The notes beneath the pieces were generated by a model, which saw only the letters and a program-made list of their open reading frames with translations, did no database searches and had not been told where the DNA came from. A stretch of DNA of 64,000 nucleotides from Candidatus Magasanikiibacteriota bacterium (lineage in GTDB: Bacteria; Patescibacteriota; Patescibacteriia; Magasanikbacterales; UBA922), in contig JBAYJP010000001.1 in NCBI GenBank assembly GCA_041665025.1, positions 16,207-80,206 on the forward strand, given 5' to 3'. The position numbers and the translations under genes are program-made. This document shows positions 10,553 through 20,083 of the stretch, piece after piece; within the stretch, counting starts at the first letter, position 1, and each line of letters begins with the position of its first letter.

Positions 10553-11531
10553 AATTAAAAAACAAGATGAATGGCCAGAGCAAGAAGAGTTTCTTCAATC
10601 ATACACCTATGGTGAATTTTTAATTTCCCTTAGTAAAAAAGTTTTGAGATTGTGCATACAAGTGGGCGAGGAGAAGATATATGTACAAGCAGTTGAACAT
10701 ATTATGTTTCGTTTCATTACATTTTTGTATATACCGCGCATGTATATCGCGCCTATTTTTTTTGAGAAACTTGTACAATATGCAAAAAAAAAGAATTATA
10801 CATTTATTAGGTTAGAGCCTTCCCAACAAATGAATCTTTCTTCAGTAAAATTACAAGAAGTAAAAAATAGACAGCCTCAATACACATGGATTTTAGATAT
10901 TAATAAGACTACTGAACAGTTATTGCAAGAAATGCATTCTAAAACAAGATATAATATTCGCGTGGCAGAAAAAAAAGAAGTATACATCGACCACGTCAAA
11001 AATTTAGATGTATTTTTAAAACTCAATGAGACAACCACAGAACGGAATAAATTTATAAGCCATCCTAGGCAGTATATTGAAAAATTGCTCTCCCTCTCAG
11101 ACGTATTTCAATTTAATGCATACATTGATAAGACTCCCGTAGCATCTGCAATAATTTTGCGTCATCAAAAATCATTTATATATCTGCTTGGTGCTTCATC
11201 AAATGAATATAGAAATGCCATGTCCCCTTATCTATTGCATTGGGATATTATTAATACAGGCAAAAAAGAGGGAATTGATACCTATGATTTTTGGGGTATT
11301 GCTCCTCCTGCAAAAAAGGAAAATGTAGGCACTGTTTGCTTTCACACCTATTGTTTTGAGGACATACACCCACTATCTGGTGTTTCACGTTTTAAAGCAG
11401 GTTGGGGAGGAGCAGTGAAATCTTATCCTCAAGCCTATGAAATTATAATTAATCCGCTGACATATATAATCGTCAAATTTATATATGCACTTCGTGGAAG
11501 AAATAGGATAGTAGGACATCCTGATAATTAG
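10539..11531 (+). CDS. FemAB-family peptidoglycan peptidyltransferase (paralog 1)
   Basis: FemABX-like motifs (YDFWGIAPP, FKAGWGG). Confidence 0.7.
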   Translation: MPVFEIKKQDEWPEQEEFLQSYTYGEFLISLSKKVLRLCIQVGEEKIYVQAVEHIMFRFITFLYIPRMYIAPIFFEKLVQYAKKKNYTFIRLEPSQQMNLSSVKLQEVKNRQPQYTWILDINKTTEQLLQEMHSKTRYNIRVAEKKEVYIDHVKNLDVFLKLNETTTERNKFISHPRQYIEKLLSLSDVFQFNAYIDKTPVASAIILRHQKSFIYLLGASSNEYRNAMSPYLLHWDIINTGKKEGIDTYDFWGIAPPAKKENVGTVCFHTYCFEDIHPLSGVSRFKAGWGGAVKSYPQAYEIIINPLTYIIVKFIYALRGRNRIVGHPDN

Positions 11532-11539
11532 TTTGGAGT

Positions 11540-12580
11540 ATGAATACATCGTCATATAGTTTAAAGCAGATTATAGACCCTCACGAATGGCAGACTTTTT
11601 TGTTGAAACAAGAATACATGCTCATGACCCAATCATGGAATTATTTTAATTTTTATAAATTGATGGATGAAGAAGCTTGGATTTTTGGGGTATATAGTGG
11701 CGATACACTTGTGGGCGGGGCATTTGTAACAACCGTGCATGCGAAGCGAGGTAATTTTTTATATATTCCATACGGTCCTATTGCCGAAGATAACCACAAA
11801 GTACATGTACTATCTTTATTAACTCAACAGCTTAAAAAAATAGGAAAAGAACATAACTATGTTTGCATTCGCATAAGCCCATTTTGGGATAATAATACTG
11901 ACAATAAAAAATTGTTTGAGGAATTACATTTTCAAAATGCACCCATGCATACGCTTGCCGAGACTACTTGGATCCTTGGTTTGTCTGATGATAGTGAGAC
12001 GCTTCTCAAAAATATGGAGAAAAATCACCGAAATTTGATAAAACGCTGTGAAAAAGAAGGTGTTACCATACAGGTCTCAGATGACATAGGAGAACTTCAA
12101 ACATTCCAGAAACTTCATGATGAGACTGCAAAAAGACATAATTTTGTTCGTTTTCCAAATGAATATATTGAGAAAGAATTCTCATCTTTCAATCCCAATC
12201 ACGAAGTCCTAGTACTATCTGCCTATTTGCCGGACGGTAGGCTTGATTCCTCTGCTGTTGTGTATTTTTATGGCACTATGGCCGCTTATCGTCATGGTGC
12301 ATCGCTTATGCAAGATAAGCGTCTTCCCACGTCGTATGCACTGCAATGGTGTGCAATTAACGAAGCAAAGAAGCGCGGACTTAAGTATTACAATTTTTGG
12401 GGTATTGCCCCTCAGGGTGCTCCTAAAAATCATCCATTCACCGGTATAACACATTTCAAAAAAGGATTTGGAGGTTTTGAAAAAGATCTCTTACCCTGTC
12501 AAGATTTAGGACTCTCATGGAAATACTATCCCATGCAACTATTAGAAAAATTCCGCAAACTCAAACGAGGCTTTTCCTAA
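11540..12580 (+). CDS. FemAB-family peptidoglycan peptidyltransferase (paralog 2)
   Basis: YNFWGIAPQG, FKKGFGG motifs; tandem with paralog 1. Confidence 0.7.
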   Translation: MNTSSYSLKQIIDPHEWQTFLLKQEYMLMTQSWNYFNFYKLMDEEAWIFGVYSGDTLVGGAFVTTVHAKRGNFLYIPYGPIAEDNHKVHVLSLLTQQLKKIGKEHNYVCIRISPFWDNNTDNKKLFEELHFQNAPMHTLAETTWILGLSDDSETLLKNMEKNHRNLIKRCEKEGVTIQVSDDIGELQTFQKLHDETAKRHNFVRFPNEYIEKEFSSFNPNHEVLVLSAYLPDGRLDSSAVVYFYGTMAAYRHGASLMQDKRLPTSYALQWCAINEAKKRGLKYYNFWGIAPQGAPKNHPFTGITHFKKGFGGFEKDLLPCQDLGLSWKYYPMQLLEKFRKLKRGFS

Positions 12581-12595
12581 AGTCTAACCTATAAC

Positions 12596-13624
12596 ATGTC
12601 TGTCCTTCGCAAAGTCTTCAACCATCATAAAATGAAGCGCCAACTCGGTTGGCAGTTTAAGCGTTCCCGATCAAAGGTAAAATCTATAATGGGAACAGAC
12701 AGACATGCTAAGGATTTTTCTTGGCATGGAACAAACGCAAATCCATATCTCGTTCATGACAAAGAGGACAAGAGAATTTTTTTGTATGTAGTAATACTTT
12801 GTGTATCAATTTTAGGTATATTTATTTTCGCAGTATATAGTTCAGCCTTTACTATCAATCGTATTACGATCGGCGGCCTCGAACGTATCTCTGATAATGA
12901 AATGAGAAATGCAGTGCATGGTATTCTTGATTTTGAAATTCTTGGCATACTGCCCAAGCGAGGATATTTCCTTGCAGATGCTGAGGAAATTAAGAATATT
13001 TTAATGAATCGTTTTCCTATTGAACACGTGGTGGTTCAAAAACGTTTTCCTGATAAATTGAATATATTGGTGCAAGAAAAAATATCCCAGGTCATTTATG
13101 ATAACGGAAAGACATATTGTTATATGGACGTGGAAGGAAAGGTCGTTGAAATTATTCGTTCAGTCAGTCAGTATGAATGGGATGAAAAAACCAAAACTAC
13201 AACGAGTACGGATGCACTAGGGAATGAAATAAATACAACTGAAGTTATAGAGAGAAATCACAAACCAGATACTCTTTCAGTAGTTAAAGAGATGGGGAAT
13301 TATCCTGTTATTTATGACAAAAGACATCCTACCATTGAATTGGGGGCTACACCACTCACATCAGATAGGGTAAGAGAGGTCGTTGACTGGTTTAATAATT
13401 TGCGTGATAAAAAATGGTCAACATTGTCATATGTGAGTATTGAAAATGAGGATAATATATACCTACACATGAGACAGGGGAGTTGGTATATCAAAACAAG
13501 ATCCGGGCGTTCTGTAGATCAACAAATTAGCGAAATTGAAACGCTCATTAATCAAAAAATTTTTGATCTTAATTCCTTGGAATATATTGACACAAGATAT
13601 TCAGATAGAATTTATTGGCAATAG
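12596..13624 (+). CDS. Cell division protein FtsQ/DivIB-like (TM anchor + POTRA)
   Basis: Cytoplasmic basic N-terminus, single TM, ITIGGLERISDNE POTRA-like segment; sits in a cell-wall gene context. Confidence 0.5.
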   Translation: MSVLRKVFNHHKMKRQLGWQFKRSRSKVKSIMGTDRHAKDFSWHGTNANPYLVHDKEDKRIFLYVVILCVSILGIFIFAVYSSAFTINRITIGGLERISDNEMRNAVHGILDFEILGILPKRGYFLADAEEIKNILMNRFPIEHVVVQKRFPDKLNILVQEKISQVIYDNGKTYCYMDVEGKVVEIIRSVSQYEWDEKTKTTTSTDALGNEINTTEVIERNHKPDTLSVVKEMGNYPVIYDKRHPTIELGATPLTSDRVREVVDWFNNLRDKKWSTLSYVSIENEDNIYLHMRQGSWYIKTRSGRSVDQQISEIETLINQKIFDLNSLEYIDTRYSDRIYWQ

Positions 13625-13687
13625 CCTATGTAATAAAGATACATAATAGAGGAGAGGATAGGGTTTTTGCTCTGTATATAGTTTGAT

Positions 13688-14141
13688 AGTGTGTCGCACA
13701 ATATATCTTATGCGACACTATATACTATAGAACCCAGTCCACCTGGGTTTCCCTAAGGTGTTGACTCTAGAAATTAACCAATATAGTTGCATAGATTAAA
13801 ACCATACTTCTTATACTAGCTAAGAGAGCCTCTAGCGCAGATGTGTGGAATTATAGTATCTAATTACAAACTCGGGTATATATGATGCCCTGCTAATATT
13901 TTCCGACACAACAAGTTTTTGTTTCAAAAAGGCCAGGTAATCTTGTATGACTTTTTTTAAAAAAAATTACTCCTAAGTTGTGTATTAGCTAGAAAATTTA
14001 AAATATTGTAATAGTATATCTAAAATTAATTTATAAAAAAATATAATAAAATACATGACACACAGACCATGTATTTTTTATAGTATTGTCTCCCCTGTTT
14101 TGACATTTCTAAAAATAGAAGAAATATTGTGCGACACTAGT
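13688..14141. mobile_element. MITE-like non-coding element (~455 bp, AT-rich) with ~18-bp terminal inverted repeats
   Basis: TAGTGTGTCGCACAATAT at 13688-13705 and its reverse complement ATATTGTGCGACACTAG at 14124-14141. Lies between convergent genes and has no ORF >60 aa. Confidence 0.45.
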
Positions 14142-14145
14142 GCTT

Positions 14146-14664
14146 TTATTCATTTATTTTGATAAACGCACTATAGGCCTCACGTAACAGTTTCGCGTCT
14201 TCAAGCGCGTTATGCTGAGTGTAAGATTCTTTATTAATACCAAGTTCTTTAAAAAATGAATCATTACGCATACTCTCAGGATCATACCCTCTTGCAAATA
14301 AAATACTTGCAAAATCAAGCGGGATCCAGAATGCCGGATGTTCCTTTGGATCACCAAAAAATTTATACCAATAGACTGCATCAAACTGATTTACATAGGC
14401 CATAAGATAAGGCTTTTCTTTTCTATCTTTTCCTATAAAATTCCATATTTCCTCTCTTGCAATTTCTTTATCCACTCTCTCCCCCGTCAAAAATGGTAAA
14501 ACTTTTTTTGTAACCCACGGATGAATCTCTAAGCCTTCATATTCTAGTTCGAGGTATAATTCCTCCCCTGTTTGTTTTATAAGCCCAATAGACAAAAGCT
14601 CACCTTTGGTAATATCAAGGTGAGTGAATTCAGTATCGAAAAATATTATTTTAGAAGAAAACAT
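14146..14664 (-). CDS. DEDD-family 3'-5' exonuclease (DnaQ/oligoribonuclease-like)
   Basis: Exo I motif FFDTEFT, Exo III motif HNALEDA. Confidence 0.65.
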   Translation of the reverse strand: MFSSKIIFFDTEFTHLDITKGELLSIGLIKQTGEELYLELEYEGLEIHPWVTKKVLPFLTGERVDKEIAREEIWNFIGKDRKEKPYLMAYVNQFDAVYWYKFFGDPKEHPAFWIPLDFASILFARGYDPESMRNDSFFKELGINKESYTQHNALEDAKLLREAYSAFIKINE

Positions 14665-14668
14665 ATCT

Positions 14669-15919
14669 CTAATAATCCTTAACGAGATAGTTCAATGGAT
14701 TCACTGGAATACCATTTTTACGTATTTCAAAATGTAGATGAGGACCGGTAGTAAAAGGACCTGCTCCCACGGTACCTGGAGTAGCACCCGAATACCCTAT
14801 CAGGTCTCCACGGCTTACATATTGGTCTTCTGACACGGAAATTGAGCTCATATGTCCATACACCGTAGAAAATCCACCAGAGTGTATAATCATGACATAG
14901 GCATAACAAGACGCTGTTGTACACGTACGAGCACGGGCAATATAGCCTGATTTTGTGGCGTGTATTGCCGTCCCATGCGAAGCGCGGATATCTATGGCTG
15001 GGTGCTCAAAGATGTTTCGGTATGGATAGTTCTCATCATGAAAATATGCAGTGACGTATCTGCTCTGCGTTGGCCATGAAAACTGTGTGTCATCTTCGAC
15101 ACCAGAAAATCGCTGCTCTTCTTCTAGTTTGCGTCGAACTTGTTGTTCAATACTTGAAATTTCGGCATCAATCTGCTGATAAATTTTACGCAAATTTGCA
15201 AGCTGAGTTTTGTATTGCAATTCAGAAGATTTGGTTGCAAATAAAAGTTGTTCCTTGTATTCTCCTTGTTCTTCAAGATCTTTTTTTCTATTATCCAATT
15301 TTTGTTTCAATTCTTCGTAACTTAATTTTCGTTCCTCGGTTTGTTGTTTTTTATTTTCCAAATCTTCTTTTGCGAGGCGTATAGTCTTCGTGCTTTCTCC
15401 CATGTCACGTTCAACATTTTTTACATAATGAACACGTCCATAAAAATCTGAAAATGAATCATACGCTGCCAAAATTTCAATATACTTTTTGTTATTCTCG
15501 TAATGCAGTGTGCGTATAAGCTCGGCAAGAATCTTTTTCTGTCGAGTTATAACCTGCTCTTTTTCTGAAATAGAGAGTCCTAAACTTTCTATTTCCAAAG
15601 TTAACGTGCCTAATTTTTCTTCTGTAGCTTCTATATCTAGCTCAATTTGAACGGTATAATTATCTAAAATGGCAATTTGGTTTGAAAGAGATACTGCCTC
15701 ACTTTGTTTTTGCTGAACTTTTTTCTTATATTCTTCAATGCTTTGTTCAAGTTGTCTTACTTTTTCTTTTTTTTCTGCAATTTGTCTATTAAGTTCGTCT
15801 ATTTCTGCCTTGTTTCCTCCAGTATCTTCTGAAAAAACAAAAGCAGGCCTTAATACAAGACCACCCACGATGAAGAGGAAGATACTCACTACAAGAAGTA
15901 GCGTTTGTCTTTTGTTCAC
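14669..15919 (-). CDS. M23 peptidase with long coiled coil (EnvC-like murein hydrolase/activator)
   Basis: C-terminal M23 LytM motifs (HxxxD-like, GPHLHFEIR), N-terminal TM and heptad-rich coiled coil. The ORF track starts at 16108, inside gltX, and is rejected in favour of a GTG at 15919. Confidence 0.7.
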   Translation of the reverse strand: MNKRQTLLLVVSIFLFIVGGLVLRPAFVFSEDTGGNKAEIDELNRQIAEKKEKVRQLEQSIEEYKKKVQQKQSEAVSLSNQIAILDNYTVQIELDIEATEEKLGTLTLEIESLGLSISEKEQVITRQKKILAELIRTLHYENNKKYIEILAAYDSFSDFYGRVHYVKNVERDMGESTKTIRLAKEDLENKKQQTEERKLSYEELKQKLDNRKKDLEEQGEYKEQLLFATKSSELQYKTQLANLRKIYQQIDAEISSIEQQVRRKLEEEQRFSGVEDDTQFSWPTQSRYVTAYFHDENYPYRNIFEHPAIDIRASHGTAIHATKSGYIARARTCTTASCYAYVMIIHSGGFSTVYGHMSSISVSEDQYVSRGDLIGYSGATPGTVGAGPFTTGPHLHFEIRKNGIPVNPLNYLVKDY

Positions 15920-15974
15920 ATGCAGTAAATAAAAACACCAGATAGTTACTCCAGTGTTTAGTATATCATATTTT

Positions 15975-17444
15975 TTATAACATGCTAAGAGCGTTCTTAA
16001 CGCGATCGAGTGTTTTTTCTTTACCAAGTGCCACAGCAATCTCGAGAGGGCCTGGGGAATTCTTTTGTCCTGAGAGTGCGACACGCATAGGCCATAAGAC
16101 ATCCCCATTTCCCCATGCCTTCTCTTTAATCCAGGGCAGGATCTGTTTTTCCAGTGTTTCCTTAGACCACTCCCCCTCTAAACTATTCAAAAATTCAAGC
16201 AATGCGATTAATTTTTCTTTTGTCTGTTCTTTGGTAGATTTTTTCCACACAAGAAGTTCTGCTTCGTAGTCTAGTGTATTGGAAAAAATGAATGTGACAT
16301 TTTCTACCAGTTCGACAAGAGTAGACGCTCTCCCCTGCTCCAGTGCAACTACATCCCGAATCCCGAATCCCGAATCCGGAATCTTAAGACTTTCTTTTTC
16401 AAAAAAAGATTTACATCTTTCCGCTAGCTCTGCAGAATCAAGACTCATAATATACTGCTTATTGTACCAATTCAATTTTTCACGATTAAACACAGCCGCA
16501 GGCTTATGTACTTTACTAAAATCAAATTCCTTTTCAAGTTCTGCCAAACTAAAAATTTCTTTTTCTCCACCAGGGTTCCAACCTAAAAATGCAATAAAAT
16601 TAATGATTGCTTCTGGTAGATAACCTTTCTGTTTAAAATCTTCAACTGATACGTCTCCATGTCGTTTACTTAATTTTTGTTTTTCTTCATTTATAAGCAT
16701 GGAAAGATGGCCGAACTGTGGCAATTCCCAACCAAACATGTTGTATAAGGTAATATGCTTAGGTGTTGAAGGCAACCATTCTTCACCACGGATAACATGG
16801 GTAACTTCCATAAGGTGGTCATCTACAACAACGGCTAAATGATAAGTTGGGAATCCATCAGCCTTAACGAGAACTTGATCATCGGCTAATTCATTCTTAA
16901 ATTCAACTTTCCCTCGTACCATGTCGTCTACGACCGTAACCCCAGTTTTTGGCATTTTCATGCGCATGATACACTTCTCCCCTGCCGTAACGCGTTTTTG
17001 AGCCTCTACAACGTCTAAATCTCGACAATGACCATCATAACCCGTAGGCATTTTATTTAATTCTTGATATTTTCTAACTTCCTCAAGACGTTCTTTACTA
17101 CAAAAACAATAATATGCATGACCTTGCTCAATGAGCTGATTAGCGTATTTTTTGTAAATATCCAAACGCTGTGATTGTATATATGGCCCTTTATCACCTT
17201 TTTGAATAACTTTTCCTTCATCATTTACATCAACGCCTTCATCAATACTAATTCCTGCCCATGTGAGTGAATTAATCATATTTTCAGTGCCACCCTCAAC
17301 AAATCGCTCCTGGTCAGTATCTTCTATACGCATCATAAAGATACCACCATTTTTTTTGGCAAATAAATAAGAATATAGAGCAGTACGAAGACCTCCTACA
17401 TGTAGAAAACCGGTTGGACTTGGGGCAAAACGTGTTTTGATCAT
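15975..17444 (-). CDS. gltX: Glutamyl-tRNA synthetase
   Basis: Class I HIGH-like motif (PSPTGFLHVGG) and KLSKR motif. Contains an in-frame (TCCCGAA)x3-4 heptamer repeat at 16354-16381. Confidence 0.9.
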   Translation of the reverse strand: MIKTRFAPSPTGFLHVGGLRTALYSYLFAKKNGGIFMMRIEDTDQERFVEGGTENMINSLTWAGISIDEGVDVNDEGKVIQKGDKGPYIQSQRLDIYKKYANQLIEQGHAYYCFCSKERLEEVRKYQELNKMPTGYDGHCRDLDVVEAQKRVTAGEKCIMRMKMPKTGVTVVDDMVRGKVEFKNELADDQVLVKADGFPTYHLAVVVDDHLMEVTHVIRGEEWLPSTPKHITLYNMFGWELPQFGHLSMLINEEKQKLSKRHGDVSVEDFKQKGYLPEAIINFIAFLGWNPGGEKEIFSLAELEKEFDFSKVHKPAAVFNREKLNWYNKQYIMSLDSAELAERCKSFFEKESLKIPDSGFGIRDVVALEQGRASTLVELVENVTFIFSNTLDYEAELLVWKKSTKEQTKEKLIALLEFLNSLEGEWSKETLEKQILPWIKEKAWGNGDVLWPMRVALSGQKNSPGPLEIAVALGKEKTLDRVKNALSML

Positions 17445-18199
17445 AAATATGACATTAAAATCCCTGCAGAAACTGCAACATTTAGAGATTCTGCCTCTCC
17501 TCCACCTGGGATAGTATACCGTTCATCAACCAATTCATCAAGCTCTGATCTAATGCCGTGAGATTCGCTTCCAAATAGATAGACCGTCTTCTTCACAGGC
17601 TTAAGCGTATCAATATTTTTTCCCTTTGTATCCAACGCTTTGACCTTGTACCCAAAATCATTTTTTAGCTTTACAATTGAATTAACTAAATGGTCTGACT
17701 CAAAAATATTGAGATGAAAAATAGAACCCATAGTACTGCGAACTACTTTTTCATTATACGGGTCAACAGAATCTTCTGATAAAAGAATATTTTTTACACC
17801 AAACCAGTCTGCTGTGCGTATTATGGTTCCTAAATTACCAGGGTCTTTGACCCCATCGAGACATATAATTGGTCCTTCTACTAGATCTTCTAAATAAAAT
17901 TCTGGTTGTGAAATTACTATCAACATTCCGGGGAATGTATCTGTTGTTTTTATCTCGTCGACTTCTTTTCTACCGCAAAATTCAATTGGAATACTTTTTA
18001 TGTTCAATAGTTTTATTATTTTTTGTATGTCTTCTTCATCCCTACGAATGCCTTCAACAACAGCCAAAATGACTTCTGCGTCTGCAGTAAGTGCTTCTTC
18101 CACACCCTTTATACCTTCCACAACAAACTCTTTAAATTCTCGCCTGTATTTCTTTTGTTGGAGTTGATTAAGATGTTTGATAATTTTGTGTGATAGCAT
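17441..18199 (-). CDS. TrmH/SpoU-family RNA 2'-O-methyltransferase (RlmB-like)
   Basis: SPOUT fold motifs (GNLGTIIRTA, LFGSESHG). Confidence 0.75.
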   Translation of the reverse strand: MLSHKIIKHLNQLQQKKYRREFKEFVVEGIKGVEEALTADAEVILAVVEGIRRDEEDIQKIIKLLNIKSIPIEFCGRKEVDEIKTTDTFPGMLIVISQPEFYLEDLVEGPIICLDGVKDPGNLGTIIRTADWFGVKNILLSEDSVDPYNEKVVRSTMGSIFHLNIFESDHLVNSIVKLKNDFGYKVKALDTKGKNIDTLKPVKKTVYLFGSESHGIRSELDELVDERYTIPGGGEAESLNVAVSAGILMSYL

Positions 18200-18306
18200 A
18201 TATTATGTTGATAATTATTTTCTACTCAGCGCTTGACTTAAAGGTAAGTATAACAAATACTTGTGCCACGAGCGACCCGTCTCGCATAGGTAGTAGGAGG
18301 AAAAAG

Positions 18307-18543
18307 ATGGCCGTCTCAGTGCAAGTGATTCGACAGATGATCGAACAGGCAAAACACTCGCATCGTGTACTCCGTATTGTGCACGCACACAACGGAGACC
18401 CCCGTGAGTGTGTCAACGATGAACTGAATCCCAGACACGCCCAGGTTCGAGGTGAACTCGTAGTGTGTCTCCAGGGTCCTGACATCGCTGTCTCCGCGAT
18501 CGTCTGTGTGGAGCTGGTGTGGAACCAGCCCCTGTGCAGCTGA
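18307..18543 (+). CDS. Small hypothetical protein (78 aa) encoded in a GC-rich foreign-looking island
   Basis: Perfect AGGAGG Shine-Dalgarno 6 nt upstream of the ATG, C/G-ending codon usage unlike neighbours, followed by a strong terminator. Confidence 0.3.
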   Translation: MAVSVQVIRQMIEQAKHSHRVLRIVHAHNGDPRECVNDELNPRHAQVRGELVVCLQGPDIAVSAIVCVELVWNQPLCS

Positions 18544-18568
18544 ACTGTTGTACGTGAACGTGTCGTCG

Positions 18569-18607
18569 CCCCCACCAGTGTTTTCACTTGGTGGGGCTTC
18601 GTTTTTA
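18569..18607 (+). terminator. Rho-independent terminator (plus-strand orientation)
   Basis: CCCCCACCAGTG-tttt-CACTTGGTGGGG hairpin followed by TTCGTTTTT. Confidence 0.6.
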
Positions 18608-19366
18608 AGGAGCTTTTTTAAAAACATTTAAAAATAAAAAAAATAATGTTGCCTTTATTATTCTCCCTATTCGCTTTGGTTCATATAATAACCGAAACAA
18701 CCACTCCAAACCAATTTTTCTCATCCATGCCGGAGCTCGTTTCTTCATGCCTGCAGTATAGTCAAATGCTCCGCCGACACCCATTGCAATTTTTACACTT
18801 GGCAAATCTTTTAGATTCTCATGAATCCATCTTTCTTGCTTCACATGCCCGAATGCGATGAACAATATATCTGGCTGAGCCATGGTTATCTCTGCTATTA
18901 ATTCATCGTTTTTTTCTTTATCATATTTTAATTGGTAATTAGCAACTAGTAATTTATGTCCCCGGTGAAGCCCAGCGATTTTTAAATTTGGGAACTTATT
19001 TTGAATTACTAATTTCAAATTACTAATTACCTCAGAGCTGTCTGACCCAAGAAAATAAACTGAATACTTTTTTTGTTCAGCAAGTTTGCATATATCCAAC
19101 ATAAAATCTACGCCGGGAATTCGCTCTATCTTTTCTCTTGAAACAAGTTGTATACCTCGTCCATCACAAATATTTAGATCACTTGAGTTGAGAATATCCT
19201 TAAATTCTCTATCTTTTTGGGCGTCAACGAGCATTTCAGGATTGGGTGTAAATATCTTATATTGTTTGTTAGATTCTAAAAATTCAGCAACCTTCTGAAG
19301 TGCTTTTGATTTATCTAGTATATCAATACGAACATCTAAAATTTTTATAAAATCCTGGTTCATCAT
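18605..19366 (-). CDS. WecB/TagA/CpsF-family glycosyltransferase (N-acetylmannosaminyltransferase-like)
   Basis: Family pattern throughout (ICDGRGI...AFGHVKQERW...GVGGAFD); an internal Met is taken as the start. Confidence 0.75.
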   Translation of the reverse strand: MMNQDFIKILDVRIDILDKSKALQKVAEFLESNKQYKIFTPNPEMLVDAQKDREFKDILNSSDLNICDGRGIQLVSREKIERIPGVDFMLDICKLAEQKKYSVYFLGSDSSEVISNLKLVIQNKFPNLKIAGLHRGHKLLVANYQLKYDKEKNDELIAEITMAQPDILFIAFGHVKQERWIHENLKDLPSVKIAMGVGGAFDYTAGMKKRAPAWMRKIGLEWLFRLLYEPKRIGRIIKATLFFLFLNVFKKAP

Positions 19367-19427
19367 GGAAATTCTAGTAATCTGTGTTTTGTAAAATTTT
19401 GAACACAGACCACCAAGATCGCCAGGA

Positions 19428-19991
19428 TCAACCATGATTTGTCAATCGATAACTCTCCACTATTGAATAGGATGATCCTTCAATAGTCAGTTTACTCTCC
19501 ATAATCTCTATCGAATCAACCTGCCATGACACATTTTCTAAAACGATATCTTGTAACCCAGCCAATTTGAAACCCATCTTATTTCTTCCAAGCGTTATAT
19601 GTGGCTTCCAAATCTTTAAATCGACACTAATCCCCTTATTAACCAAAGCATCGGTTAATTCTTTCTGTAAACGATTACTGATTCGAGAATGATCAAAAAC
19701 TTTTGCTATAATAACTTTTGGATGTTGTAAATCTGGAAATGCATCAATTTTATCAAGCTCAAATGAGATGGAGTTATATTTTATTGCGAGGTCTCTTACT
19801 TTTTCCCTTACTATATCAAGGATATTATCCTCAATTTCTCCTAAAAATTGTACTGTGATATGAAGTCCATCCAGGTTTGTCCAATTCACGCGGATATGTC
19901 TATTTTTATCTTTAAGGGTGTTCTGTACTATTTCCAGTGCTTCTTTTGCCTTATCGGATATATAAAAAGAGATAAATATCCTTCTTGACAT
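19428..19991 (-). CDS. 2H-family RNA 2',3'-cyclic phosphodiesterase / 2'-5' RNA ligase (LigT/ThpR)
   Basis: Two H-x-T/S-x motifs (LHITVQFLG, PHITLGR). Confidence 0.7.
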   Translation of the reverse strand: MSRRIFISFYISDKAKEALEIVQNTLKDKNRHIRVNWTNLDGLHITVQFLGEIEDNILDIVREKVRDLAIKYNSISFELDKIDAFPDLQHPKVIIAKVFDHSRISNRLQKELTDALVNKGISVDLKIWKPHITLGRNKMGFKLAGLQDIVLENVSWQVDSIEIMESKLTIEGSSYSIVESYRLTNHG

Positions 19992-20030
19992 ACAGAATTT
20001 AGCTTAGTTATGGTATAATACTATCATATC

Positions 20031-20058
20031 TTGACAACATTTTCCAGTATGGTATATT
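20031..20058 (+). promoter_or_regulatory. Sigma-70-type promoter for clpB (TTGACA-N16-TATATT)
   Basis: Canonical -35/-10 hexamers with 16-nt spacing, ~125 nt upstream of the clpB start. Confidence 0.5.
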
Positions 20059-20083
20059 AGCACTCTTACATTAAGAGTGATAA
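20057..20083 (+). promoter_or_regulatory. CIRCE element (HrcA operator) upstream of clpB
   Basis: TTAGCACTC-N9-GAGTGATAA versus consensus TTAGCACTC-N9-GAGTGCTAA (1 mismatch), overlapping the -10. Confidence 0.75.

Noticed and set aside
15920-16108. 5' extension of the M23 peptidase ORF into gltX (MGMSYGLCVSHSQ...)
   Set aside because: Would overlap the gltX C-terminus by 134 nt on the same strand in another frame. A GTG just before the TM segment gives a sensible signal-anchor start.
18222-18627. Minus-strand ORFs 18222-18587 and 18316-18627 in the GC-rich island
   Set aside because: Overlapping frames generated by high GC. They lack an SD, and the adjacent hairpin is a terminator only in the plus orientation. 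The plus-strand SD-led ORF is kept at low confidence instead.
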